DNA of 64,000 nt from Clostridia bacterium (GTDB taxonomy: Bacteria > Bacillota > Clostridia > TANB77 > CAG-508), in contig JAFWNC010000018.1 of NCBI GenBank assembly GCA_017510525.1, forward strand, positions 4,408 through 68,407, written 5' to 3'. The notes under the pieces are model-generated. The model did not search any database. It worked only from the letters and a program-made list of their open reading frames with translations, and was not told the DNA's origin. The first letter of the stretch is position 1, and each line of letters starts with the position of its first letter. Positions 1 through 10,059 of the stretch are shown here, one piece after another. The position numbers and the translations under genes were made by a program.

Positions 1-607
1 AAATAGCATCAAACTCTTTTTTTAATCCATAAATTGTAATATCAGTTCCTAAAGCAGTATTATTCTTAAACTTAACACCATTTTTCTTTAATAAATCTAC
101 AATATTACTAACTAATCTCTTATCTAATCTAAAATCAGGAATTCCATACCAAAGAACTCCTCCAAACTCTTTATCTTTTTCAAAAACAGTTACATCAAAT
201 CCATTTTTTATTAGTTCAAAAGCACATTCCAAACCAGCAGGTCCAGAACCAATAATAGCAACCTTTTTACCGTTCTTTTCTTTACATTCGAACTCCGGCT
301 TAATACCATTCTCCTCAGCCCATTCATTAACAAATCTCTCTAATTTACCAATCTGAGTAGGAATTTGTTTAATTCCACGAACACAAGATCCTTCGCACTG
401 ATCCTCTTGAGGGCAAACAATGCTACAAATATGAGAAAAAATGTTATTATTAATTAAAATTCTATAAGCCTCTTCAAAATTTCCTTTTTTAACCTCACCA
501 ATAAACTCAGGAATATTAGTATTCATAGGACAACCCTTAGAACAAGGTTTACCCTTACACCCCAAACACCAATTAGCCTTCTCCATAATCTCTTCAATCT
601 TTTCCAT
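1..607 (-). CDS. GltD/SudA-like NAD(P)H oxidoreductase (glutamate synthase small-subunit family), N-terminal part; gene continues past the window start
   Basis: Reverse-complement translation from ATG at 605-607 gives MEKIEEIMEKANWCLGCKGKPCSKGCP...KKVAIIGSGPAGLECAF. It has an N-terminal 4Fe-4S Cys motif followed by a GxGxxG Rossmann motif. No stop occurs before position 1. Confidence 0.6.
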   Translation of the reverse strand, partial: MEKIEEIMEKANWCLGCKGKPCSKGCPMNTNIPEFIGEVKKGNFEEAYRILINNNIFSHICSIVCPQEDQCEGSCVRGIKQIPTQIGKLERFVNEWAEENGIKPEFECKEKNGKKVAIIGSGPAGLECAFELIKNGFDVTVFEKDKEFGGVLWYGIPDFRLDKRLVSNIVDLLKKNGVKFKNNTALGTDITIYGLKKEFDAI

Positions 608-654
608 ATATACTTCCCTCTCCATATTACTGATATTTTAACTTTTAATAGTAA

Positions 655-754
655 TTGAAATATAGAATTTTGAATTTTAGCAAGGTGTTTTTCGACATTG
701 TCGAAAAAAGCGGAGCGTCCGCAGTCTAAACTGAAAAATTACTATATTTCAATT
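655..754. repeat. Family D structured element, copy D1. Long covarying AT-rich outer stem enclosing the core GCAAGGTGTTTTT-hairpin-AAAAAGCGGAGCGTCCGCAG.
   Basis: Five copies in the window (655, 23738, 26851, 29438, 32683) share the core; outer and inner stems show compensatory changes. D1 sits 48 bp upstream of the gltD-like start and just downstream of the deacetylase stop. Confidence 0.6.
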
Positions 755-770
755 ATATAATATTATATTA

Positions 771-1748
771 TTACTTCATAATATCATAATAGCTCTTAAA
801 CACATACCCCTGATCCTTATAATGCTTAATAATTCTAGGAAGAAGCTCTGCCGTAACCTCCTTATCACCAGCATCATGCATTAAAATAACCAAACTTGTC
901 CTACTACCAGCAGTCTCCATCAAGTAATTCCATTGATCATCACCAGTATTTTTTCCCTCAGCATCACCAGTTAAACAATTCCAATTTGTAAAAGTAATAC
1001 CATTTTGCATAAGAAAGCCCTTAGCCTCCTCCTTAATAGCGGCATAAGGTCCACCAGCAGACCCACCAGGATATCTAAACAAATGAGAATTATAATTAGA
1101 AACACCAATAGCATTCCTTACAGAATTAGTACATTGATTGTATTCATCTAAAATGGCCTGTATAGAAGAATAAATAGAACTATAATCATGACTATAACCA
1201 TGATTAGCAATAAAATGTCCCTCATCATATGCTCTTTTAGTAATCTCTGGATTCAAATCAACCCTTGAACCCAAAACAAAAAAAGTAGCCTTAACATCAT
1301 TTTCTTTTAAAATATCCAAAATCCTAGGTGTAATATTTGTTGAAGGTCCATCATCAAAAGTTAAAAAAATCTGTTTTTCATCAGAAGAATATACACCAAC
1401 GACCTTTTTTTCTATCTCTTCATTATACTTAGGAAGCTCAGAATCTAAAGCCTTTTGAAAATCATGAGTTGGAAAACTCTCTTTTTGAGCCAAAGGCTCT
1501 TCCACTTTCTTCTCTTCCTTTTTTTCATTTTTATCATTATTATTTGAACTATTATTAGCTTTACCAGTAGTTTTAGTAACACCCTCTTGAGCAGTATCAA
1601 CATTTTTATTAATTCTTCCGTAAGATAAAATTACTGTAGCAAAGACTATTGCCACACTAATTAAACCAATAACCAGACAAAAAATAATAGTTCCAATATT
1701 ACTTTTATTACTTTTAACTTCAGTAATATACCCCGGCTCAATCTTCAT
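771..1748 (-). CDS. Polysaccharide deacetylase (NodB homology domain) with N-terminal membrane anchor and Asn/Lys-rich linker
   Basis: ORF track 771..1787. FLTFDDGP...HGYSH...LMHD motifs are typical of NodB/PdaA-type deacetylases. Start moved to MKIEPGY (ATG 1746-1748), which is preceded by AGGGAGAAAGAA. Confidence 0.7.
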   Translation of the reverse strand: MKIEPGYITEVKSNKSNIGTIIFCLVIGLISVAIVFATVILSYGRINKNVDTAQEGVTKTTGKANNSSNNNDKNEKKEEKKVEEPLAQKESFPTHDFQKALDSELPKYNEEIEKKVVGVYSSDEKQIFLTFDDGPSTNITPRILDILKENDVKATFFVLGSRVDLNPEITKRAYDEGHFIANHGYSHDYSSIYSSIQAILDEYNQCTNSVRNAIGVSNYNSHLFRYPGGSAGGPYAAIKEEAKGFLMQNGITFTNWNCLTGDAEGKNTGDDQWNYLMETAGSRTSLVILMHDAGDKEVTAELLPRIIKHYKDQGYVFKSYYDIMK

Positions 1749-1788
1749 TTCTTTCTCCCTTTTTTTTCTATATATAAAACGCCTCATA

Positions 1789-1864
1789 CATCCGTAGCGG
1801 AGAACTAAAGTTCTCCATGTAGGGGCGACTATCAGTCGCCCGCTCTCCTTGACCTACCCTATAC
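1789..1864. repeat. Composite GC-rich hairpin repeat (module A CGTAGCGGAGAACTAAAGTTCTCCAT + module B GTAGGGGCGACtatcaGTCGCCC + tail GCTCTCCTTGACCTACCCTATAC)
   Basis: Direct sequence match to about 15 other intergenic loci in this window; GC-rich inverted repeats in an AT-rich background. Confidence 0.7.
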
Positions 1865-1872
1865 AAAACAAC

Positions 1873-2349
1873 CTATAACTCAATCTCAATCTTTCTCTCG
1901 GTTGAAATATATTGTCTATAACTAACCCCACAAGTATCAAACATCATCTTAGAAGCCTTAACCCCATCAGTATCAGCATATTTATCATCTTTATAAATAA
2001 TCTCTTTAATTCCAGATTGAATAATCGCCTTTGCACACTCATTACAAGGAAATAAACCAACATAAATCTTCGTTCCCTCTAAATTTCCTCTATAATTTAA
2101 AATAGCATTAAGTTCCCCATGACAAACATAAGCATACTTTGTATCTAAAAAATTACCTTCTCTATCCCACTTCATAATATCATCATGAAGCCCACGAGGC
2201 GCACCATTATAACCCATAGACAAAATTCTGTTATCTTTACTAACAATACAAGCACCAACTTGAGTATTAGGATCTTTGCTCCTCTTAGCTGATAAAAGCG
2301 CAACTCCCATAAAATATTCATCCCATGAAATATAATCTTCTCTCTTCAT
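1873..2349 (-). CDS. comEB: dCMP deaminase (ComEB family, cytidine/deoxycytidylate deaminase zinc-binding)
   Basis: HGELNAI...PCNECAKAI zinc-binding motifs. Start set at MKREDYISWDEYFMG (ATG 2347-2349), which has GGAGGTGG 4 nt upstream; the longer ORF-track N-terminus is an upstream extension. Confidence 0.8.
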   Translation of the reverse strand: MKREDYISWDEYFMGVALLSAKRSKDPNTQVGACIVSKDNRILSMGYNGAPRGLHDDIMKWDREGNFLDTKYAYVCHGELNAILNYRGNLEGTKIYVGLFPCNECAKAIIQSGIKEIIYKDDKYADTDGVKASKMMFDTCGVSYRQYISTERKIEIEL

Positions 2350-2439
2350 ATTCCACCTCCTAAACATATACCTACATTTTATCACAACTAACACTAAAGT
2401 CAACAACAATTTTAGGTGTTCAAAGGGGACGGAGAAAAG

Positions 2440-2466
2440 CAAAAAGGGGACGCGCACCCCTTTCAC
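2440..2466 (-). terminator. GC hairpin AAAGGGGACGCGCACCCCTTTC immediately after the spoIIP stop; likely intrinsic terminator
   Basis: Inverted repeat read directly; lies between the convergent-looking ends of spoIIP and the comEB leader. Confidence 0.45.
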
Positions 2467-3572
2467 TTCATAACCTCATCAATAACCTCAGCCAAATACT
2501 TCATACTATTCAAAGCCTCGTCCAAAGTATTTCCAGTAGCACCAACCTCAATAATACAAGACCCTCTAGCCACACTCTGGTTATACCTATATTTTGTAAG
2601 CATAATAGGTTTAAAAAGTCCAGGATACATCTCATTACCCTTCTCCTGGATTTTTATAGCAAGCTTTAAATTCTCATTCCAATTTGGATGATATAAACCA
2701 CCCTCACTACTCCCCATAACAAACATAAGTTGAGCGCAATATTCATCACCAATCTTAACCTTTGGTCCATAAGAACTATCACCCAAAGCATCTCTATGTA
2801 AATCAATAACAAGTTCTGCAGGTGTTGAATTTACAACACCCTGAATAGTTTCCAAAGAACGTGTATATGACCCAGAATAATCAGGATAATCATGATAAGT
2901 CACATCATGAACAACATTATATCCCTTACCAATAAGTAATTCTGTAAGTTCAGTTCCAACCCTAGCAACACTATAATCTAAATCAGTTGTTCTATAATTA
3001 CCAGTTTGTACATAATTAAAACTTTCTGAAGGAGTATAACTCTCACAAGTATGAGTATGGAAAATAACAATATCACTCTTATTATTAAAATAAATATCTG
3101 GAACTAACATATCCTCAGTCAGCTCAAAACTAGTACCATTTCTAATTAGAACACTCCCATATGAATCCGTAAAAGTATCACTCTTATTATTCTCACTAAC
3201 AACCTCAGTTGTAACATTTCTAATGTCTTTTACAACTTCAGCACTTTCCTCTAAACTATCGTCAACCTCATATTCCATATATTCATCAAATATAAAAGAA
3301 TCAACAAAACTAAGTTCTTTGTTAATCACATTTAAATCACTATTATTGTTCTGCTTTTTCTCTCCACTAGTAATACCAATATTTTCATCTATGCACTCTA
3401 TAAAAGTCTTATTATTTAGCGTGTTAAATTTCTTTTTAATACTATTCTCAAATTTAATATTTTTTACTAATTTATACCCTCTAAAAACACTAAAAACAAC
3501 AAGGCAAAAAATAAAAGATTTAAACATAAACTTAACCAAATCATTAAGCCTAATAACCCTAAAATTAATCAT
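2463..3572 (-). CDS. spoIIP: Stage II sporulation protein P (SpoIIP cell-wall hydrolase family) with N-terminal TM segment
   Basis: C-terminal two thirds (HTHTCESY...IDLHRDA...MYPGLFKP...ARGSCIIEVGATGNTLDEA) match the SpoIIP / N-acetylmuramoyl-L-alanine amidase family. AGGAG lies 10 nt upstream of ATG 3570-3572. Confidence 0.75.
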   Translation of the reverse strand: MINFRVIRLNDLVKFMFKSFIFCLVVFSVFRGYKLVKNIKFENSIKKKFNTLNNKTFIECIDENIGITSGEKKQNNNSDLNVINKELSFVDSFIFDEYMEYEVDDSLEESAEVVKDIRNVTTEVVSENNKSDTFTDSYGSVLIRNGTSFELTEDMLVPDIYFNNKSDIVIFHTHTCESYTPSESFNYVQTGNYRTTDLDYSVARVGTELTELLIGKGYNVVHDVTYHDYPDYSGSYTRSLETIQGVVNSTPAELVIDLHRDALGDSSYGPKVKIGDEYCAQLMFVMGSSEGGLYHPNWNENLKLAIKIQEKGNEMYPGLFKPIMLTKYRYNQSVARGSCIIEVGATGNTLDEALNSMKYLAEVIDEVMK

Positions 3573-3626
3573 ATAAATAAAACTCCTACTTTAAATAGTA
3601 TTCAATTTTATTTATATTATGATAAC

Positions 3627-3690
3627 GAAAAATGGTAACGTGAACTTTTGGGGACGCACACCGAAAGTTCACATTACCATTTTTCTTATT
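3627..3690 (-). terminator. Long hairpin AATGGTAACGTGAACTTTT...GAAAGTTCACATTACCATT followed by a T-run, downstream of the MBL hydrolase stop
   Basis: 19-bp arms with T-runs on both sides; contains the GGGGACG motif also seen in other terminator hairpins. Confidence 0.6.
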
Positions 3691-4306
3691 CATACAAATA
3701 TCTTTCATCTTTAATCGCAGTTGGAGCTCCATGTCCAGGATAAATAATAACATCATCAGGTAAAGTCAAAACCTTATTCTTTATAGAATCAATAATTTTT
3801 TCTTCACTACCAGTTGGTAAATCAGTTCTACCACGAGTTCTATAAAAAATAGTATCACCTGAAAATAAAAGCTTATTTTCCTCATTATATAAACATAAAC
3901 ACCCCTCAGTATGTCCAGGAGTTGAAATTACTTTAAACTCTAAATTTCCAACATGAATAACATCTCCATCATCAACCCTAGAATCAGCATCAAATCCTAA
4001 ATCTTCAAACCTTATCAAACTAATTTCGTCATTTTTAAGGCCATCATAATCAGCTCTACTTATAAGAACTTTTCCTCCAAATTTTTCCCTAATCTCAGGA
4101 ACAGCCCCAATATGATCGAAATGGCAATGTGTTAAAAATATATATTTTACACTAACACCCAATAAATTAATCATATCAATAACTTTTTCCGCTTCGCTTC
4201 CCGGATCAATAATCATAGCTTCTTTACTCTCATCATCAGCAATAATATAACAATTAGTAACCAACATACTTTTAGGTATTCTTAACTTTAACTTTTTTAA
4301 AATCAT
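3686..4306 (-). CDS. MBL-fold metallo-hydrolase (hydroxyacylglutathione hydrolase-like)
   Basis: HCHFDH metal-binding motif plus a downstream His/Asp pattern. Start set at MILKKLKL (ATG 4304-4306) with AAAGGGAG upstream. Confidence 0.75.
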   Translation of the reverse strand: MILKKLKLRIPKSMLVTNCYIIADDESKEAMIIDPGSEAEKVIDMINLLGVSVKYIFLTHCHFDHIGAVPEIREKFGGKVLISRADYDGLKNDEISLIRFEDLGFDADSRVDDGDVIHVGNLEFKVISTPGHTEGCLCLYNEENKLLFSGDTIFYRTRGRTDLPTGSEEKIIDSIKNKVLTLPDDVIIYPGHGAPTAIKDERYLYE

Positions 4307-4356
4307 TTGTACTCCCTTTCTTACTACAATAATTTGTAATCCAAGCAATTGTTCTT

Positions 4357-4392
4357 CTATTCGTAGCGGAGATACTCAAAGTTCTCCATAAA
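4357..4392. repeat. Module A hairpin repeat (TTCGTAGCGGAGATACTCAAAGTTCTCCATA)
   Basis: Same family as 1789..1864; stem variant with flanks conserved. Confidence 0.6.
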
Positions 4393-4404
4393 AATATCTA
4401 CTTC

Positions 4405-6598
4405 TTATCTTTTTCTCTTAACTTCATAAACACTAGGAACTCTTCTTAACATATTCATAACCTTATTTAAATCATCCAAATTAACAAGCTCAATATTAAC
4501 ATCAACAATAGCAATTCTCTCTTTTGTTGTTTTAGTATTAAAACCTAAAATATTATATTTAGCTCCAGTAATCTCTTTAATAATATCAGCTAACAATCCA
4601 GTTCTATCATTAGCATAAACCTGAATTCCAACACCAAAATTAGTATTAATAGCATTTTCCCAATGAACATCAATCATTCTGCTTTCTTCTGTAAGTAAAT
4701 CTTTTACATTAACACAATCAGCCCTATGAACTGAAACGCCTCTACCTTTTGTAATATAACCAATAATATTATCACCAGGAAGTGGATTACAACACTTAGA
4801 TAATTTTACTAAACAATTATCAATTCCTTCAACAACAACACCATTTTGAGATGGTTTATGATGAACCTTCTTTTTAGCCAATTCCTGAATTTTAGCGTCA
4901 ATATCTTCCTCATTATGTTCTTTTCTATACTCTTCTAAAAGTCTAGCAACAATCTTACTAGGAGAAATAGCACCAAACCCAACACTTGAATACATATCAT
5001 CTAAAGAATTATACTTATATCTTTCAAGAGCAGAATTAACCCATTCTTGTTTAAATAAATCAGAATGTTTCATTCCTATCTTCTTTATTTCTCTTTCGAC
5101 TGCATCTTTACCTTTTTCAATGTTCTCTTCTCTCTCAGCCTTTTTAAACCACTTCTGAATTCTATTTCTAGCAACAGAACTTTTAACAAATTTAAGCCAA
5201 TCACGGCTAGGTCCATTAGAAGTATCAGAAGTAATAATTTCAACAATATCACCATTTCTTAATCTAGTAACAATCGGAACCATTCTCGTATTTATCTTAA
5301 CTCCAACCATTCTATTTCCAACTTCTTCGTGAATTGCATAAGCCATATCAATTCCAGTACTTCCTCTTGGAAGAACCTTTATATCACCCTTTGGAGTAAA
5401 AACATAAACTTCATCTTCAAACAACTCTTTTTTCAAATTATCAATAAATTCACTTGGACTCTCAGTATCTTTCTGCCACTCCAAAGTTTCTCTAAGCCAT
5501 GAAAGCTTATCCTCTTCAACAACAACAGCCTTTTTTGTTCCCTTATAACTAGCCTCTTTATAAGCCCAATGCGCAGCAATACCATATTCAGCAATTTTAT
5601 GCATATCATATGTACGGATTTGAACTTCAAAAGGAGTAGTTTTATGACCAATTAAAGTTGTATGTATTGATTGATACATATTCTTTTTAGGCATAGCAAT
5701 ATAATCTTTGAATCTTCCAGGCATAGGATTATATTTATCATGAACAATACCCAAAACAGCATAACAATCTCTAACAGAATGAACTAAAATTCTAAGAGCA
5801 AATAAATCATAAATCTCATCTAAAGTTTTATTATCCCTTTTCATCTTTCTATAAATACTATATAAATGTTTTGCCCTACCAGTAACTTCAGCATCAATCT
5901 TAGCTTTCTTAAGCTCTACTCTTATTTCATCCATTACATTTTCAATAAAAGTAAGTCTTTCTTCTCTTTTTTGATCCAACCCTTTAACAATTTCATGATA
6001 TTCCTCAGGATATAGATATTTAAAAGCCAAATCCTCTAGCTCCCACTTCAAAGAATAAATACCAAGTCTATTAGCAAGAGGAGCATATAAATCCATTGTT
6101 TCTTTAGCATTTGCAATTTGTCTTTCTCTAGATAAAAACTTTAAAGTTCTCATATTATGAAGTCTATCTGCAAGTTTAATAAGAATAACCCTAATATCTT
6201 TACCCATAGCAAGAAACATTTTTCTATAATTTTCAATCTGTTGTTCTTCAACAGAAGTATATAACATTTGTCCGAAGTTTTGTAACACCATCAACTAAAA
6301 CAGCAACATCTTCTCCAAATTCTCTAACCAAATCATTTCTAGTAGCATCAGTGTCTTCAACAACGTCATGTAAAAGAGCAGCACAAATAGTCTCAGCATC
6401 TAAACCAAGACCAGACAAAATATAAGCAACATTTAGAGGATGAATAATATATGGCTCACCTGATTTTCTACACTGATCACCATGTTTTTCTACAGCATAA
6501 TCATAAGCCTTACGAATCATTTTAGTATCAATTCGTCTGTTCTTCTCTTTAGCTGTTTTTATAACATCCTCAATTGTAATATTTTCATCAACAACCAT
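4405..6598 (-). CDS. relA: Bifunctional (p)ppGpp synthetase/hydrolase RelA/SpoT (HD + synthetase + TGS + ACT), interrupted by a +1 frameshift at 6272-6274 (extra C before a conserved Gly codon)
   Basis: Two ORFs, 6248..6598 (HD domain N-terminus) and 4405..6294 (remainder). Zero frame reads VTKL-RTNVIYFC-stop; removing the C in CTT C GGA CAA gives VTKLGQMLYTSVEEQQIENYRKMF, which is the conserved RelA sequence. GGAGGAG RBS before ATG 6598. Confidence 0.85.
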
Positions 6599-6608
6599 AT
6601 TCTCCTCC

Positions 6609-8300
6609 CTACATTATTGAACCCATTATATCCTTAATATTAATCTGCACATAATCTCCGCCATTATATGAATTAATCTCTAAATTTCCAGCAATATCAA
6701 CCTTATCACCAATCAAATAATCCTTTGATAACTCACCCATATTAAAGCCAATAGCATTAATAAAAGTATTACCATCTCTTAAACGAAGTTTAAGATGTTT
6801 TCCATCTGTAAGAGCTCTTATAGAATCAATCTTTAAATTCTTATAAACAAAAACTGGAGGTTTATTAGCTTCTCCAAATGGTTCTAACAAGCTTAATTGC
6901 TTAACATTTTCTACCTTAATATCACTTAAACCAATCTGTTTATCAATATTTAAAACAGGAATGATCTTATCAATTTCTTTTGAATCAACATGTTCTTCAA
7001 ATTTTTTCCTGAACTCGTCAATATTTTCTTCTTTCATTGTAAGGCCAATAGCCATTTCATGGCCACCAAACTTATCTAAATATTCACTCAATTCAGAAAG
7101 AGCCTCATGTAAATCAATTCCTGGAATACTTCTACCAGAACCTTTACCAATTCCATTCTCTAAACAAAGCAAAATAGAAGGTTTAAAATATAAATCTGTA
7201 ATTTTAGAAGAAACTATTCCAATAACTCCATGATGCCATTTTTCATTAGAAAGAATAATAGATTTCTTGTTTTTAACATCACTATTTTCAATCATTTCAA
7301 TAGCTTCATTGTAAATATTTTTTTCAACTTCTTGTCTTTCTTTATTATATTTATTCAAATTTTCAGTTATTCTATTAGCCTCAACAATATTGTCAGTCAA
7401 AAATAACTCTACAGCTTCTTTTTCAAATCCCATTCTTCCACAAGCATTAATTCTAGGAGCCATTCCAAAAGAAACTGTACTTGAATTAATCTCTTTATAC
7501 CCAGAAGCTTTCAGTAAAGAAAACATACCAGGATTTTTAGTTACATTAAGAAGCTTCAATCCTAATTTTGCAATTACTCTATTTTCGCCAGTTAAAGGAA
7601 CAATATCAGAAATCGTTCCAACACAAACAATATCTAAATACTTTAAAATTTCATTTTCATCAATATTACGTCTTTGAGCCAGCCCTTGAGAAACCTTAAA
7701 AACAACACCAACACCAGCTAAATTTTTATTAGGATAAACATTATCTTTTCTTTTTGCATCAACAACTGCAACAGCATTTGGTAATTTTTCCATTGGCTCA
7801 TGATGATCAGTAACAATAACTTCTAATCCTAAAGAATTAGCATAATCAATCTCATCAATAGATGCAATTCCGCAATCAACAGTAATAATTAATGAATAAC
7901 CTTGCTCTTTTATTTTGTCAATAGCATCTTTGTTTAAACCATATCCCTCACTTAACCTATTAGGAATATAATAATCAGCAATCAACCCACAATCTTTTAA
8001 AAACTTTTTCAAAACAGTAATACTAGTAATTCCATCAACATCATAATCACCATAAATAATTACTTTTTCTTGATTATCAATTGCCTTTTCTATCCTATCA
8101 ACAGCTTCTTTCATATCAGGCAATAAAAAAGGATCGTGAAAATCATTTCTTGTAGGATTCAAGAACATTTCAATTTCACTATCATCTTCTATTCCTCTAT
8201 TCAACATTACTGTAGCAAGTAATTCAGAAATATTAAATTTTTCAGAAATCTCTTTAACTTTTGTAATACTTACTTTATTAAAATTCCATTTTTTATGCAT
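6609..8300 (-). CDS. recJ: Single-stranded-DNA-specific exonuclease RecJ (DHH/DHHA1)
   Basis: DHH motifs (YGDYDVDGITS, DHH); 565-aa product. Start set at MHKKWNF (ATG 8298-8300) with AGGAGAGG upstream. Confidence 0.85.
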   Translation of the reverse strand: MHKKWNFNKVSITKVKEISEKFNISELLATVMLNRGIEDDSEIEMFLNPTRNDFHDPFLLPDMKEAVDRIEKAIDNQEKVIIYGDYDVDGITSITVLKKFLKDCGLIADYYIPNRLSEGYGLNKDAIDKIKEQGYSLIITVDCGIASIDEIDYANSLGLEVIVTDHHEPMEKLPNAVAVVDAKRKDNVYPNKNLAGVGVVFKVSQGLAQRRNIDENEILKYLDIVCVGTISDIVPLTGENRVIAKLGLKLLNVTKNPGMFSLLKASGYKEINSSTVSFGMAPRINACGRMGFEKEAVELFLTDNIVEANRITENLNKYNKERQEVEKNIYNEAIEMIENSDVKNKKSIILSNEKWHHGVIGIVSSKITDLYFKPSILLCLENGIGKGSGRSIPGIDLHEALSELSEYLDKFGGHEMAIGLTMKEENIDEFRKKFEEHVDSKEIDKIIPVLNIDKQIGLSDIKVENVKQLSLLEPFGEANKPPVFVYKNLKIDSIRALTDGKHLKLRLRDGNTFINAIGFNMGELSKDYLIGDKVDIAGNLEINSYNGGDYVQINIKDIMGSIM

Positions 8301-8415
8301 TATTCCTCTCCTAAATTTCAACAATTTGAATCATTATATACTATCCAGAAAAAAAATTAAATAGATTTTCGCTATTTTTCTAAAAAATTCTTCATATTTT
8401 TCAAATAAATAAAAA

Positions 8416-8442
8416 AAGGACGACCAATGGTCGCCCCTACAA
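8416..8442. repeat. Module B hairpin (GGACGACCAATGGTCGCCCCTAC), reverse-loop orientation, downstream of pilin-like paralog 1
   Basis: Near-palindromic GC hairpin; the homologous copy downstream of paralog 2 is at 15063-15085. Confidence 0.6.
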
Positions 8443-8457
8443 GAATCATATTAAATT

Positions 8458-9972
8458 TTAAAACTTACTAGGATCAACTTCAATTGTTCCATAATAACCA
8501 GAATTTTCAACCAAAGTAGCAACCGCCTCATTTTCAACATAAACAGTTTCTATATCTCCAAAAGCACCATTTCCTATAGTTATAACACTTGATGGGATAT
8601 TTATTGATGTTAAGCTTTCACAACTAGAAAATGCTAATTCGCCTATACTTGTAACACTTGATGGAATATTTATTGATGTTAGGCAAAAACAACCAGAAAA
8701 TGCACAACTATCAATAGTAGTGACACTTGATGGAATACTAATTGATGTTAAACTAATACAGTCCTGAAATGCATTAGTGCCTATACTTGTAACACTTAAT
8801 GGGATATTTATTGATGTTAAATGATGACAACTAATAAATGCACTGTCACCAATACTTGTTACACCTGAAGGAATTGAAATTGATTTTAAATCAGCACATC
8901 CACTAAAATCATTATTTCCTATACTTAATAAAGAATTTGGTAATGTTACATATTCAACTCTATGAATACTGTCAAAAAATCTATTTAAATTTGTAATACT
9001 ACTTTGTGATGCAAAAATAACATTTGTTCTTGGTAGTGATTTAAGATCTTGGTTTGTTTCATAATCACTTGCTACAAGAGTTGTAACACTAGCTGGAATT
9101 ATTAACGATGATTCATCAGAACTTGTTGCTCCATTTTTTTGAGTATACGCAGATCCTGCAGATAAATTTGGAACATATTCAAAATCACCATATCCATATA
9201 TACTCCATGGAGCCCATCTACTCATTTCTAATTCTGAGTCATAAGGTATACTAGGATATTTCAATCCTGTAACACTATAAGTTTCATTATTATGTTCAAC
9301 CTGATAAGGAACAACCAATTTTCTTAATTTTGTAGCAACTTCTTGAGCTTCTTGTGCTGATTGAATTGTAGTTCTTCCTGGCTCTAAAATATTATCAAAA
9401 TTTAAACCTGTAGCTGTAGCTGTTTTATTTGTATCATCATATGTATATGTAAATAAACTTTCACAAGCTTCCATTTCCTCTTGCGTTGCTAAATTTCCAT
9501 ATTGACTCTCAATCATAGCTGATGATGAACCGCCCCCTGATGATCCTCCACCTGATTGATTTGAACTTTCTGATGACTTTGTTCTTCCTAAAATACTTCC
9601 ATCATCAGCAATTTGGAAATCATATCCTTTATATGTAATTATATAATTTTCTGTGTCAAAAGTTGCATCTGGATCTAATTCTATATTTAGCTTAATTTGT
9701 CCATAATCTTCATCAAACAAATAATCTCTAAAGCTTCCAACATAATCACTTGCTTTATAATCTATTTGAACTGCAGAAATAGCTAATCTTAATTCCTCCT
9801 CTATCTCTGATTCCTTAGAAGTCTCTTTTGCCTCATTGCTTCTCTTTAAAATACCATTATCACCAACTACCATTGCAATAGTTACACCTGCTAAAATCAA
9901 TAAAACAATAATTGTTATAACAAGTGCAATTAAGGTAATACCCTTTTTACCTTTGAAATTCAATAATCTCAT
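8458..9972 (-). CDS. Surface protein with prepilin-like N-terminal hydrophobic segment, Ser/Gly-rich linker and C-terminal BspA-type leucine-rich repeats (paralog 1)
   Basis: N-terminus MRLLNFKGKKGITLIALVITIIVLLILAGVTIAMVVGDNGIL resembles a class III (pilin-like) signal peptide lacking Glu+5. C-terminal tandem repeats of about 23 aa (SINIPSSVTSIG.xAF) match the BspA-type LRR. Strong GGAGGAG RBS. Confidence 0.6.
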   Translation of the reverse strand: MRLLNFKGKKGITLIALVITIIVLLILAGVTIAMVVGDNGILKRSNEAKETSKESEIEEELRLAISAVQIDYKASDYVGSFRDYLFDEDYGQIKLNIELDPDATFDTENYIITYKGYDFQIADDGSILGRTKSSESSNQSGGGSSGGGSSSAMIESQYGNLATQEEMEACESLFTYTYDDTNKTATATGLNFDNILEPGRTTIQSAQEAQEVATKLRKLVVPYQVEHNNETYSVTGLKYPSIPYDSELEMSRWAPWSIYGYGDFEYVPNLSAGSAYTQKNGATSSDESSLIIPASVTTLVASDYETNQDLKSLPRTNVIFASQSSITNLNRFFDSIHRVEYVTLPNSLLSIGNNDFSGCADLKSISIPSGVTSIGDSAFISCHHLTSINIPLSVTSIGTNAFQDCISLTSISIPSSVTTIDSCAFSGCFCLTSINIPSSVTSIGELAFSSCESLTSINIPSSVITIGNGAFGDIETVYVENEAVATLVENSGYYGTIEVDPSKF

Positions 9973-10059
9973 TAGTTTTCTCCTCCTTTTATCTTTTGTT
10001 TCATTATAAAACTATTATAATTTTATCTATAAAAAAATAAAAAATCAATACCTAAAATC

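Noticed and set aside
2416-3576. Plus-strand ORFs 2416..2691 and 3223..3576 antisense to spoIIP; similarly 5065..5262, 6961..7233, 7390..7677, 15500..15853, 16121..16444, 25752..26081, 47496..47906, 48996..49328
   Set aside because: They are low-complexity antisense translations of AT-rich coding sequence opposite well-supported genes, with no RBS or homology.
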